Of a stretch of DNA of 64,000 bases, positions 12,969-27,860 are shown piece after piece. The notes under the pieces were generated by a model, which was given only the letters and a program-made list of their open reading frames with translations, did not search any database and had not been told where the DNA came from. This stretch comes from Eledone cirrhosa (taxonomy: Eukaryota). The stretch covers positions 181,102,001-181,166,000 of the forward strand of contig OZ024743.1 in assembly GCA_964016885.1 (NCBI GenBank), read 5' to 3'. A program made the translations under genes and the position numbers. The stretch's first letter is position 1. Each line of letters begins with the position of its first letter.

Positions 12969-12970
<2 letters not shown>
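12661..12970. mobile_element. PLE-type inverted insertion with HHR on minus strand (12718-12799)
   Basis: Minus: ccagt-CTGACGA-gcaga..tctgc-GAAA-agcgcg-TA-acagg. The right arm carries GAAAcgtacgTAacagg. Confidence 0.7.
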
Positions 12971-13009
<39 letters not shown>

Positions 13010-13023
13010 GGGTCCTACTCGTT

Positions 13024-13077
<54 letters not shown>

Positions 13078-14092
13078 AGAATATTTTCGAAACAGCGAGT
13101 GGGTTTGAAATTATTAGAAATGTAAGCTATCGCCTTATTTTGACTAAAGAAATGAAAGAAATTATTTAGCCTGATAGTGGGGTTAAGACCCTGGGAGAAA
13201 TGGAAAAAGATGAGTTTTGACGTACGTCAATACTCATCTTTTTCCATATACACTTCTCTCTATATGTGAGTATATATGTATATGTGTGTATTGACATACA
13301 TGTACATATGTTTTATGCGTTTTTATGAATGTATGTCTGTCTGTATGTATGTGTATACGTGATGCGTATCTACCTATTGGTTGAGGGTACATATATATAT
13401 ATATGTATATGTGGGAATTGTGTATATACATATGCGTGTATACCCATACAATTTGATTGCACTTATGTATAGTGATTATCCCAAGATTCGTGACAGATAG
13501 ACATATAATAACAGCCATAAATACATAACAGGTAATCTTATAAAACTTATATAAAAAAATTTTGTTTAATAACATATATGATATGTAGTTCTCTAGTAAT
13601 ATATGGATTTCTTAATATATAGATCCCAATTTTTAATATATTGATCTCAATTTTTAAATGATTAACTAAACATCTAATCATATTTAAACAATGGTTAATT
13701 TCTCATATTATATATGTATATTCCATTCATGATTATTAACATTTCCAATTTTATTTATTCATTTCATCCCAATTGTTAAGTTAACTCAACAAGATATAAC
13801 TTAGAGTTTTTCGTTCTCTCCCCTTCTCTCTGTCTCATCTCTCTCTCTATATATATATCTTTCTCTCTCTGTTGTTTTGGTCTCTCTCTCCTTTCTCTCT
13901 CTCTTTTTTTCTTTCTCTCCTTCTTTATCTTTATATTTCTCCGTAACCCAACGGCTTATTTTAAAAATAAAAATATCCAATACTAATAATAATATAATTG
14001 AGCTTCAACTCCACTATCCGGGAGCTTCCAACAGTAATGGTTGCATTTTTTAAGGGTATGTCAATATTTATTTATAAAACTGATCTATATTA

Positions 14093-14157
14093 TATTTTAT
14101 CTGATGAAAGTACACCATAATTTAACTTGGTGTCCTTGAAATATGTATAATGAAATA
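14093..14157 (+). ncRNA. Type I hammerhead motif, PLE family A (at the end of a probable 3'UTR ~13250-14200)
   Basis: tattttat-CTGATGA-aagtacacc..ggtgtcctt-GAAA-tatgta-TA-atgaaata. Confidence 0.75.
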
Positions 14158-14252
14158 AATATGGTTTTATAAATATAGTTTCCATTTGTTAATATCGTAT
14201 ATATATATATATATATTGTATATATATATATATATTGTATATATATATATAT

Positions 14253-14289
<37 letters not shown>

Positions 14290-14293
<4 letters not shown>

Positions 14294-16986
14294 AATTAAT
14301 AATAACAGGTAGACATCATAAAAAGGTAATTTATTCCGTGTGCTTACAAATGTTTCCATGGTGGTAATACAGCCTAGTTATGCTATGTGCAAATTTACAA
14401 CTATTTGCAGAACTCAAATATCAAATGCTGTGACCACTGTATCATCAAAACAGAATGGTTAAAATGTACAATGTAAATACCCTTAAGTGAGATTATTGGA
14501 GAAGATAGAGTAGAAAAGGAAGAGAGAAAAGTAGGGGAGAGGGAGAGAGAGAGAAAGATATGCAGGGGTTGGAGAAATAGAAGAGAGTGGTTTATAGATA
14601 TCTTAATCAAAATGTTATGGTAGGGGTTTTATTATACTGGTTACTTTTAGAGAGATGCGTTGATAGTCAAGGTTGGAATTATTTATTGCCCCAGAGGGCA
14701 GGTTCATAGATGTGGAGAGGGAGGGAGGTAGGCCAAAGGCGAGAGAGGGAGAGTGGAATGGATATAGAGGGAGAGATAGAGAGGGGACAGACGAAGTCTA
14801 TGGGGTGGGTGAACTTTGGGTTCGTAGTAGTAATCTGCGAATTGCACTGATTACCATTTATAGTGATATGCAGGGTATTGTCTTGTAGTGTGGGGGAAGA
14901 GAAGGTGGTTGGCTAGAAAGCGATGTTATAGTTACGGGTTCGAATGTTAAGTTATTTTATAGTGAGAGAATTTAGCTTTTAGTTTGTGGTTGCAGTATAA
15001 TGATCGTTCGATTCTATCGTTAAGTAGTTTATTTTTGGATTTTAATATGTAAAACAGTACTTCAATCCACTCCGATATGCACTTGCGTTGGAAAGTATAT
15101 CCCATTTTAAGGTGAACTGTTGGTTGCGTTCACGGAGTTGCCAGGTCTTGTTGGCGAGCGTGGTCACAAAACGGTGATCCGGATGTTTGATTTAGAATCG
15201 ATGACGGTACCAGCGAGATTTAAACGAGGTGGTGGTAGATCCTATGTAATACCATTTCTGGTCGTTCGATTCAACCGTGCATTGGTAAACAATGTTGGAC
15301 TTTAGGCATTCATTCTTCAATGGACATCTTTCAGGTAGATGGCAGTTACATTTTTTGTTGTGGGTAGCGGGTATACCATGGATAGGTTGTGATAGCAGTA
15401 CAGGTGGGTTGTGTAATACCCGTCTCCCATTTGGTGGTTGGGAGGCAGATATTACGTTCTGCCCATCTGTTACCAAAATATTTTGTTTTGTAGTGTTGTT
15501 TAGTCGCTTTAAGTTAAGTTTTTTTATGTATGCTTCAAGGTTTGGTGCCGTGGAGTATGATAGTCTAATAGTTTTAGAGTTCAGAATTTTACTGTATTTA
15601 TGGGAACTAGGGAAATGCTTGTTGATTAACTTAAAGAATGAAAGAGATAGTTTTGTACTAATCGAGGCATTAAAAGTAGGATTGTACCAGATATACTTTC
15701 TTCAACGTGATTTATTTGGTAGTGATTTTCTATTATTAGTATGTCTGGTGGTACTGTGTGTGTGCGCTTGTATTTTAGTCCCCCGGTTACGTATTCCTTG
15801 ATTTCGTGTAGAGCTATGTGTGTTATGGAGATTCTTATCAATGTATTCTATTGTATCCCGGTGGTCGGCATTCCTTAATGCATTATTATAGTATTCAGCG
15901 TGTTCACTAAAAATTTCAGAGTCAGAAAATAGGCGAGAGATTCTAAGAGAAATACTACGAGGAACCGATTTGATCATGGAGAGTGGGTGGTTTGAGTTAA
16001 AGTTTATATACGTAAGGTTCTCATTTATCTTGTGGAAGGGTCGTATCTGTCCGGTATTTAAATTAAGAGTTACGTCCAGAAAATTTACTACTTTAAAATC
16101 CAAAAATAAACTACTTAACGATAGAATCGAACGATCATTATACTGCAACCACAAACTAAAAGCTAAATTCTCTCACTATAAAGTAACTTAACATTCGAAC
16201 CCGTAACTATGACATCGCTTTCTAGCTAACCACCTTCTCTTCCCCCACACTACAAGACAATACCCTGCTTATCACTATAAATGGTAACTCAGTGCAATTC
16301 GCAGATTACTACTACGAACCCAAAGTTCACCCACCCCATAGACTTCGTCTGTCCCCTCTCTATCTCTCCCTCTATATCCATTCCACTCTCTCTCTCTCTC
16401 GCCTTTGGCCTACCTCCCTCCCTCTCCACATCTATGAACCTGCCCTCTGGGGCAATAAATAATTCCAACCTTGACTATCAACGCTTCTCTCTGAAAGTAA
16501 CCAGTATAATAAAACCCCTACCATAACATTTTGATTAAGATATCTATAAACCACTCTCTCCTATTTCTCCAACCCCTGCATATCTTTCTCTCTCTCTCCC
16601 TCTCCCCTACTTTTCTCTCTTCCTTTTCTACTCTATCTTCTCCAATAACCTCACTTAAGGGTATTGTACATTTTAACGATTCTGCTCTGATGATACAGTG
16701 GTCGCAGCATTTGATATTTGAGTTCTGCAAATAGTTGTAAATTTGCACATAGCATAACTAGGCTGTATTACCACCGTGGAAACATTTGTAAGCACACGGA
16801 ATAAATTACCTTTTTATGATGTCTACCTGTTATTATTCATTCTTTATCTACACTCCGGAATACAGAAGGATCAGGAACTAAGTTTCTTCAACAATTCTTC
16901 CATAACTCGTTGAGTAACCTCTCACTGTACGTCAACCATATTCAGTGTAGTAATTAACCATTACTACATCTAGGATAATCCTATAC

Positions 16987-16988
<2 letters not shown>
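14290..16988 (-). mobile_element. Penelope-like element (probably Naiad-type), 5'-truncated, with inverted 3' duplication 16093-16988
   Basis: Minus-strand RT thumb VNFLDVTLNL..SNHP, WYNPTF..HFP, CNC..CP..C linker and GIY-YIG NIVYQC..YYIGST..RWYRH. 16093-16845 is the reverse complement of 14290-15045. Confidence 0.9.
16683..16794 (+). ncRNA. Type I hammerhead motif with extended stem II
   Basis: tgct-CTGATGA-tacagtggt..(long insert)..accaccgtg-GAAA-catttg-TA-agca. The minus copy at ~14341-14452 has a mutated core. Confidence 0.7.
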
Positions 16989-19247
<2,259 letters not shown>

Positions 19248-19474
19248 TAATATATATATATATAATATATATATATAATATATATATAATATATATATAA
19301 TATATATATATAATATGTATTTAATATATATATATAATATATATATAATATATATATATAATATATATAATATATATATATAATATATATATATAATATA
19401 TATATATAATATATATATATATAATATATATATAATATATATATATATAATATATATATATATATATAATATAT

Positions 19475-19575
<101 letters not shown>

Positions 19576-19614
19576 TATATAATATATATATATATATAAT
19601 ATATATATATATAT

Positions 19615-20406
19615 ATGATATTAAATAAATGGAAACTATATTTATAAAACCATATTTATTTCATTATATATATTTCAGGGATATCATATTAACAATATGT
19701 GATGCCTTCTTCAGACAAAATACAATATAAACAGTCTTATAAATAAATAGATACGACATACCTTTCAATCGACTTGCATTTGGGAGGTTGATTTGGCAGT
19801 AAAAAATATTGTGGACAGTTGTAAAAAGAAAGAGAGAAAGAAAGAAAGGAAGAAAAACGAAGAAAAAGAAAAAGAAGAAATGCATGTGACTAAATAGAGA
19901 GATATAGAAAGATAGATAAAGAGAAGAACTTCATGTAAAGAAACTATATCTCTTTCTTTTTTCCTCTCTCTATATATCCCTCCCTGTTTCTTTACATGAA
20001 GTTCTTCTCTTTATCTATCTTTCTATATCTCTCTATTTAGTCACATGCATTTCTCCTTTTTCTTTTTCTTCGTTTTTCTTCCTTTCTTTCTTTCTCTCTT
20101 TCTTTTTACAACTGTCCACAATATTTTTTACTGCCAAATCAACCTCCCAAATGCAAGTCGATTGAAAGGTATGTCGTATCTATTTATTTATAAGACTGTT
20201 TATATTGTATTTTGTCTGAAGAAGGCATAACATATTGTTAATATGATATCCCTGAAATATATATAATGAAATAAATATGGTTTTATAAATATAGTTTCCA
20301 TTTATTTAATATCATAAATATACTCCAAATACTTGTTGAGTGCTTTTATATCAGTTATAAATATTTACTCGTTGTTAACCCAACAATTTAAATATAACTT
20401 TCAATG
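19615..20406. mobile_element. PLE family A' fold-back insertion with HHR in each arm
   Basis: 19615-19942 is inverted at 19987-20297, tail to 20406. HHR tattttgt-CTGAAGA-agg..cct-GAAA-tatata-TA-atgaaata at 20208-20273 (+) and 19657-19722 (-). Confidence 0.85.
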
Positions 20407-20436
20407 TATATATATATATATATAATATATATATAA

Positions 20437-21348
20437 TCTATATATATAAAACTGTGGTTGTCTGTCTGTCTATCGATTTTTGGCACACATCTCCTCTTAG
20501 AATCTCTCACGGAATTGCACCGAAATTGCTATACTTGTACATTGAGCCCTAGCGAAGACATCGGAAAAAAATAATTTCAAATTGACCCACCCTATGTGAC
20601 GAAATCGAATATAATGTATCGATTTTTGAGCGTAAGTGATCAGTTATTTCCCTTTGTTCTGTTTACATTGAGCGTCTTACGTAAAAAATTACGCTGGCTT
20701 TCTCAGCGTTTAAAATGACATTAACACAATACACGAATTCCATTTAAAAGCATTTTAAAACAATATTTTTACTTGAAAACAAGTCTATTTAAAGACTACG
20801 TAAAACAAGCAAATATTTCGTCGTTAGGCGTGCAGACAGACAGTCGTGCAGACAGACAGTCGTGCAGAGAGGTGATATACGCGTGCAGACAGATAGTCGT
20901 GCAGAGAGGTGATATAGGCGTGCAGACAGACAGTCGTGCAGAGAGGTGATATAGGCGTGCAGACAGACAGTCGTGCAGAGAGGTGATATAGGCGTGCAGA
21001 CAGACAGTCGTGCAGAGAGGTGATATAGGCGTGCAGACAGACATAACTGATAATTTGGTTACGCTAATGTTTTTCTCTGCGTTGCAGTGTTTACATTTTC
21101 GATCTTTGTTAATAAATAACCAGTGCAGTTTTAATCCCCAGCATCCTCTTTTGTTATAACATTCGGGTTATCGTTATGTTTTCTTAACTTCATAAGGCAT
21201 ATTGTTGGTTGAGGGAATATTAATCAAAAACACCACATGCAAGTCTGCACAGTAGACATTACAGTATTTAAGCCAAAAAAGAAACTTAACATTGTAACTT
21301 TAACACAGTTACTGAGCGACCCCGAGCAACGCCGGGCTTTACTGCTAG
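20437..21348 (+). mobile_element. Non-autonomous Helitron
   Basis: A|TCTATATATATAAAA start, subterminal hairpin cccg(agcaacgc)cggg, CTAG|T end. Confidence 0.85.
20826..21043 (+). repeat. 37-bp minisatellite inside the Helitron
   Basis: Unit taggcgtgcagacagacagtcgtgcagagaggtgata, about 5-6 copies. Confidence 0.95.
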
Positions 21349-21387
21349 TATATATATATATATAATACATCTATATGCATAATCTGA

Positions 21388-22100
21388 CTGCAACTTGAAC
21401 TATATTGTATTTCTCCTGTGTCTTGAACTCTCCATTTAATAGACAACGACTCTTGTTTGTTTATTTATATCTTTACATCTTTATTTGCTGTATTAATGCT
21501 CCCCCACGTATTCTACCTCTATACATCCATGTACTTTCTACTTCCCTTATTCGGACTTTTACTCGCGTGTACCCTCAGCACACGTCACTGGAATATCTCC
21601 CCCTAGGAACATAAATACCGCAACCTGAACTATATTGTATTTCTCCTGTGTCTTGAACTCTACATTTACTAGACAACGACTATTGTTTGTTTATCTATAT
21701 CTTCACATCTTTGTTTGCTGTATTAATGTCTTTCCACGTACTCTACCGCTATACATCCATGTACTTTTTACTCCCCTTATTCGGACTTTTACTCGCGTGC
21801 ACCCTTAGCACACGACACAGGATTGCCCCCCCCCCCCCCCCCGGGAACATAAATACTGCAACCTGAACTATATTGTAATTCTCCTATGTCCTGATTTCTC
21901 CATCTTACTCCAACACCACTCTTGTTGGTTTATTTACATGTTTATACCTATATATTGATGTGTTTATATATTTATACCTCTACAATGTGCTCTTCCACGT
22001 ATTCCACTTCTATGTATCCATGTATTTCTACACCTCACATTGGGACCTGTACCCATTAGCACACGTCACTAGAATGTCTCCTCCTGAGAACAAAAATTAA
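21388..22100 (+). repeat. ~230-bp tandem repeat x3 (diverging)
   Basis: gcaac.tgaactatattgta recurs at ~21390, 21620 and 21858. Confidence 0.9.
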
Positions 22101-22369
22101 ACATTACACGACTATATCCCGTACTCTACATCCCACTAGGATAAATTACAGATCTACATAATACAATTAACGTTTCTTCATAAAAGACTCTATTTAATTA
22201 AACCCCGCAACCCCAAACCTCATAGAAGTTATTTGAATGTTTAATCTTCAATTTTCTGTTTGTTCAATTCTCAATCTTCTTACTCCTTAGTTTTATAATG
22301 TTATTCTGAATGTTATTCTGAATGTTATTCTGAATTCTTTCAACTTCATCCGATAGAGTTAAGCAAAAT

Positions 22370-23290
22370 TCTAAAGTTCCAACTTTCTGTCGGACCGTTG
22401 TGTGGGTTTTAGCGGCGGCGCGACCAGCTCCCTGGCGAACGGGCTCACCTGGAGTGCTTGGAAAAATAAATTTCCCCTTCTTTCGGTGAATGAAAATACT
22501 CGGCGTGGCTTAGTTCGCCATGGGGCCCGGGGCGCGGCCGGTGTTTTAACCGCCAAATAGTACCTTTAAATTACAGAACAAATCGGAACTATTAGATATA
22601 TCAACCTGAAACTGTTGAGCTTTGAATTTTCTAACCTCTTTAATATGGAATATTGATTATTAATTTTTTAACTTCATCCTGTGGGTCTGGACATTGTAAC
22701 ACACTGACCCCCAGTGTATTCACCTCTGCTGGGATGCGAGTCCCTGTGGGGGTTTTGTCGCGCCACTCCTGGCCCGACTGTGGTGTGACATTGGTATCGA
22801 CCTTCCTTCCTCTCTCTTTCTGTCTTCCTTTTTGTAGCTATCGACCATTACTCTTTTACTTCTCTGGGCAAAATTTTAGGGTTCCAACTTTCTGTCGGAC
22901 TGTTGGGTGGGTTTTGATGGCGGCGCGGCCGGCTCCCTGGCGAACGGGCTCACCTGGAGTGCTTGGAAAAATAAATTTCCCCTTCTTTCGGTAAATGGAG
23001 ATGCTCGGCGTGGCTTGGTTCGCCGTGGGGCCCGGGGCGCGGCCGGTGTTCTAACCTCTTTGATGTTGAATATTGATTATTAATTTTTTTAACTTCGTCC
23101 TGGAGGTCTAAACACTGTAACGCACTGACTCCCAATATATTCATCTCTGCTAAGATGCGGGTCCCTGTGAAAATTTTCTCGCGCCACTCCTGGCTTGACT
23201 GTGGTCTGACATTAATATCGACCTTTCTTCCTCTTTCTTTCTATCTTCCTTCTTGTAGCCATCAACCCTTACTTTTCTACTTCTCTCTTC
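22370..23290 (+). repeat. ~420-bp GC-richer tandem duplication
   Basis: gttccaactttctgtcggac..ctccctggcgaacgggctcacctggagtg at ~22376 and ~22881; ttctaacctcttt at 22629 and 23049. Confidence 0.85.
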
Positions 23291-23674
23291 CCTTCCTTCC
23301 CTTCTCCCCTCCTCCTGTCTTCCTCCCGCAGACTTATCTTCCTTCCCCCTCTTGCTTGCCTATATCTGACCGGTAGTAGTTGCCTTTCTTCTTTTAGCTG
23401 ACATTAACCCTGGCTTCTCTTCTTCTTTCTTCCCCTTTCTTCTCTCTCCTTCCTTTCTTTCTTTCTTTAACCTTGTGTCATGAGATCGACGTTAACTTAT
23501 GCTCCCATCCCTTTCTGTTTTTGTTTATCTTACCGGTAGTAGCATACTATAAACTTTAGCCACGTCACTCCAGGGCGACCGGCTGAGGTTGAAGGAACAG
23601 AATAGCGGTCGCCCTCGGGTCTCGATTTTCAGCCCCATGGATTTTACCTATTACATTCACGTATTATATTTCGA

Positions 23675-23732
23675 ATACCTGATGATATCACCGGATTCAT
23701 ACGGAACCCGGTCATCGAAATGATCATAGTAT
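23675..23732 (+). ncRNA. Type I hammerhead motif
   Basis: atac-CTGATGA-tatcaccgg..ccggtcatc-GAAA-tgatca-TA-gtat, with palindromic stem III. Confidence 0.75.
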
Positions 23733-24334
23733 AATAAACCTTTCAAGGATTTACACAAATCCAGCCTCCTGTCATTTCATTATAATATTTAACTCCGTAA
23801 TAGCACCACCAACTACAAAAACAAAGACGGTTGAACTGCTTTACGTTGAGTACTCTCTATATTATTGCATTACGATTGACCATACGGAATAGACCAGCTC
23901 TATACAGTGGTGAACCTCAAACCTGAATATATATATAATATATATAATATATATATATATATATACTGAGGAATTTAGATCAATTTGATGCCATAGACAC
24001 AGAAGCAAACGCAAAGTTTTTTTATCTTACCTACTTTATATTTTCGTGATCTAAATTCATTTTGAAAAATAAAAAGGTATATCTTGAATTTCACATATAT
24101 TAAGATGTTTTCTACATTGTATATTACTTGTACTTGTACATGTGGCGGTATTCATCGCGGATGAACAGATAGACAGTTCCCAAGTCATGTCTGAGTAGCC
24201 CAAGTACTTGGGACGCCATTGATGTGTCTGTTGTCTGTATGCATAAATGTATATATTTATATATGTATGTATACATGTATATGTATATGTATATATGTAT
24301 ATATCTATATATGTATATATGTATGTATGTATGT

Positions 24335-24650
24335 TAGTTCAGGTCTCTCTACAGTACTACTTGTAACAGATAACCTAGTACAACTTGTGCATAGTCGGGT
24401 CATCAGTGACTAAACCGGCATCTCCATCAAGCTTGCTTGGTGAGGAGGGTGAATTTTGAACACCTTGCGGGATGAAAATCAAAATGCGTCAAACGGCGGA
24501 AAAACTCTTGAGGTATGTTGTTCACATAGTTTGTGGCAAACTATTGCACCAATCCTTTATCAACGTTTCCAAAATGTGTGGCTGGTCCAACCCAAAACTT
24601 ACAATTCATTTGTGTGGGTAACCGCCCTCATAAGTCGAGGTACGGTGGGA
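24335..24650 (+). mobile_element. Diverged RTE-type 5' fragment
   Basis: tcaggtc..gactaaaccggca..ttggtgaggagggtga..gtcaaacggcggaaaaactcttgag, matching the 27120/6300 family. Confidence 0.55.
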
Positions 24651-24672
24651 GAGTTCATCATATGTATATTTA

Positions 24673-24884
24673 CGAGGGGCTGCTAAAAGGTTCCTGGCGT
24701 TGAGGGTATCACAGAGGCCTGATTGGAAGCCAAACCTTCCGAGTTCTTTTTACAGGGCATACAAGAACTGAAGGACCACTGCAATAAGTGTGTGAATCTG
24801 AGAGGGGAATATGTTGAATAAAATCATAATTAACTGATCCCCCTGTATTTTCTTTTACCCAAAGCCAGGAACATTTCAGCACCC
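24673..24884 (+). mobile_element. Mariner-derived MITE
   Basis: TIRs cgaggggctgctaaaaggttcctggc / gccaggaacatttcagcaccc, TA flanks, internal transposase C-terminus QGIQELKDHCNKCVNLRGEYVE*. Confidence 0.8.
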
Positions 24885-25194
24885 TATATGTGGGATTGTA
24901 TTCGTTTGTGTGTATACACTTACATATATTTCTTGTAAAAACGTTCTTCTTTTGATAGAAGTGTGGAGAAGCTGTTATATGCGTGTGTGTATACGTCTTC
25001 GTTAAATCGAAATTATAATTGAATGTACATATGAGTGCAAAAGTAATAAAGATTTGGGATTATTTCTCAAGACCTTGGTGAATGACTTTCAATCTTGTTT
25101 ACACGAAATTATCATGTGTGGGCTTGTAATCCTAATTGCGTTGATATAGAAGAAACCATAAAAATACAAACATTTCTATTTATTGTTATAATTA

Positions 25195-26316
25195 CTAGCA
25201 GAAGAACCGCTTCTCGGGCGGTTTTCTGCTAGCATATATAGTGTGCATATTGATATACGCAAATATATATGCTTATAGATATGACACATAAATTGAAAAG
25301 TAAATTGACAATATGCACATAAATTGAACAAAGACACTTACGTCTGTAATCAGTAAAGTAATCCATGATACATTTTTAAAAAAAGCAATAATTGTTTCTA
25401 CTTTTGGCACAAGGCCAGCAATTACCCAGTGCATTACTGGTACTTTATTTTTGAAGATGGAAAAGCGATGAAACTGTTGACGGAAAATGTTCAGGAATCT
25501 TCACTTGAGAATGTCGATGGGAAGCTTCAACCAGTTAATTTAAAAATAGATGCTGCTGGTGGGAATGGATGAATTACATTTACCAATATGAAGAGTTGAT
25601 CTTCGCTATATTGTTGTTTTACTGTATTCATATATAGACTTCTTAAGTTTTTGTAGTGTCCCTTTTCTAGCAGTTAAAAAGAAACTTGAATGCATTTCAA
25701 TTAAAAGAGAGTGATAGCTGTTTCACGTCACTGTATAGTTTCTTTGTAGACACAGTTGTCAGCAAACAGACCCCTTTCATTTAATATTTTTATATTTTCT
25801 TTTTTTTTTGTAACTCTTGATAATGTAACATACATCTGACCATGTGAGATGAATTGTGTTGGTAGATATACACCTATCTTTTTAAAAGAGAACTCAAGCT
25901 CTTGAGACACATGAGGTATCCTTGGGATTAGCAGCCTGGTTCCATTGGGACCCAACGCCACTTCAGCTTCATTTACATGATTATGTAAACTGATGATGAT
26001 GTAGCGTGTACCATTGCAATGCCCGTTTAGAGGATCCAGATTTCTCAGAAGCATTATGCAACTGCCTTTCTTCAGTTTAAGTATGTGTGTTGGGAAGCCC
26101 GATGGGGTAAATTTGTTGATGAACTCAATTGGATATTGTAGGTTATTATTTACTGTATCGGAACTTCTGTAGATTCTTTCGTGAGCAGGAACCTTGTTGA
26201 ACATGAGCTCATTCAGCAATCTTGCTGAATCATTTGTAGGAGTGATAATGGCTCTATTTGCAAGCCATACTAGGTTTATGCAGCATGACCCTCCCAAAGT
26301 GTAACAATATATATAT

Positions 26317-26321
<5 letters not shown>
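25195..26321 (-). mobile_element. Deleted Helitron with PIF1-type helicase C-terminal remnant (25728-~26270)
   Basis: PSGFPTHILKLKKGSCIMLLRNL..CNGTR..LIPRIP..SHGQMYVTLSRV..NCVYKE. Minus-strand end hairpin aaccgc..gcggtt then CTAG|T at 25195. The 5' boundary is uncertain. Confidence 0.85.
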
Positions 26322-26379
<58 letters not shown>

Positions 26380-26502
26380 AGAGTCTGTAGTGCTGGGACC
26401 GGGAAGATCAATAATCATGGCACTACTCAATGCATGGGGAGATGCAGAAACCGTTTGGCACCGGGTCGAGATTTTACACATCCCTCTCTATATATATATA
26501 TA

Positions 26503-26543
<41 letters not shown>

Positions 26544-26922
26544 GTGTGTGTGTGTGTGTCTGTGTAGGTAGTAGCGGTGCAAATGAATTGCGTGCACAGG
26601 CGGTATCCAAGATGAGTACTCGATGTTCTTGGGGAGCAGAGTATCAATAATAATAATAAATGGGAACAAAGAATCAGTATTGCATAATATACATATTTAA
26701 TTATATGTTACATATGTTTCATTGATGATCAGGTCGAGGAACGATCGAATAATGTTCGATCTTGACTCTGGAATCAGGAGCTCCTCAGATATGTTCTCAC
26801 ATGGAGACGCACGTCCAAATGTCACATAGAATCATCAGCAGTTTAAACGAGTCAGACCATACTTCAGCATAGTACGCGATTCTTAGGAAAGTAAAGTGTA
26901 GGTGTATATATAACTATTATTA

Positions 26923-27005
<83 letters not shown>

Positions 27006-27117
27006 TTCTTTCTGTCGATCTTTCTTTCTCTCTCTGAATGTTGATCTGTTGACTTTATATGAAATATATATATATATATGTATATATGTATATATGTGTT
27101 TGTATGTATGTATGTAA

Positions 27118-27690
27118 CCTGTCTCATGGTTTGGATCGTTGGCGACTAAACTGGCAACCCCACCAAGATTTCTTGGTGAGGAGGGTGACTTTGGACATCC
27201 TGCAGGACTAAAAACAAAACCTGTCAAAGGGCAAAGGAGCTCTTAAGAGTCAATGGCCATCCAAAATCACCGGGAGAGATGACCCCTTAGCCTTTCTCAA
27301 GGCAGAATTCTAGGAGAAGGAAAACTCTGATATAACACCTGCAGCCCTGATGGTATCCAAAGATGTTGACTTGTTATTCTTTTTGGTAAATATCATCTTG
27401 GTTAAGAGAGTGGGACTGGCTTTGTGCAGTGCCTTTGCTCACTATAAAAGCTTCACGGCACAGACATTGCTTTATGTCTGGAGATCTCTCTGCACTTGTC
27501 GTTACATGGTGTGTCAATAATAGTCACAGGTGTAGTGTTTGTACCAAAGTTTTCAAGTCGCTGGCTGGACTAAAAAGTCACACTCGTTTAGCGCATCGGT
27601 GGGGGCTCTCCTACATGGATATAAAGTAGTGACCGTACTCGAAAACGAGTTGGCAGCCACCATGTATATATGTATGTATGTATGTAAATA
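27118..27690 (+). mobile_element. Second copy of the bipartite RTE-derived non-autonomous element (5'-truncated)
   Basis: Reverse complement of ~5690-6255; HRCSVCTKVFKSLAGLKSHTRLAH; (TATG)n tail. Confidence 0.8.
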
Positions 27691-27749
27691 TGTAGTGTGC
27701 CGTTTGTTTTGTTATTTTTGTTTCTTCTCTTTACCTTTTGCATACACAA

Positions 27750-27860
<111 letters not shown>

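Noticed and set aside
14940-16090. Selenocysteine recoding as reported for some Naiad PLEs
   Set aside because: Conserved Cys codons in the GIY-YIG fragments read as Cys; no in-frame TGA at those positions was seen.
20826-21043. CRISPR-like regular repeat
   Set aside because: Contiguous minisatellite with no unique spacers, inside a Helitron, in eukaryotic context.
25728-26411. Host PIF1 helicase gene
   Set aside because: Only a C-terminal, internally deleted fragment fused to (CT)n and followed by a Helitron hairpin/CTAG end.
26750-26850. Minus-strand CTGATGA as another hammerhead
   Set aside because: No matching GAAA, stem III and stem I found; the same applies to ctgatga at ~18271 and ctgacgg at ~58448.
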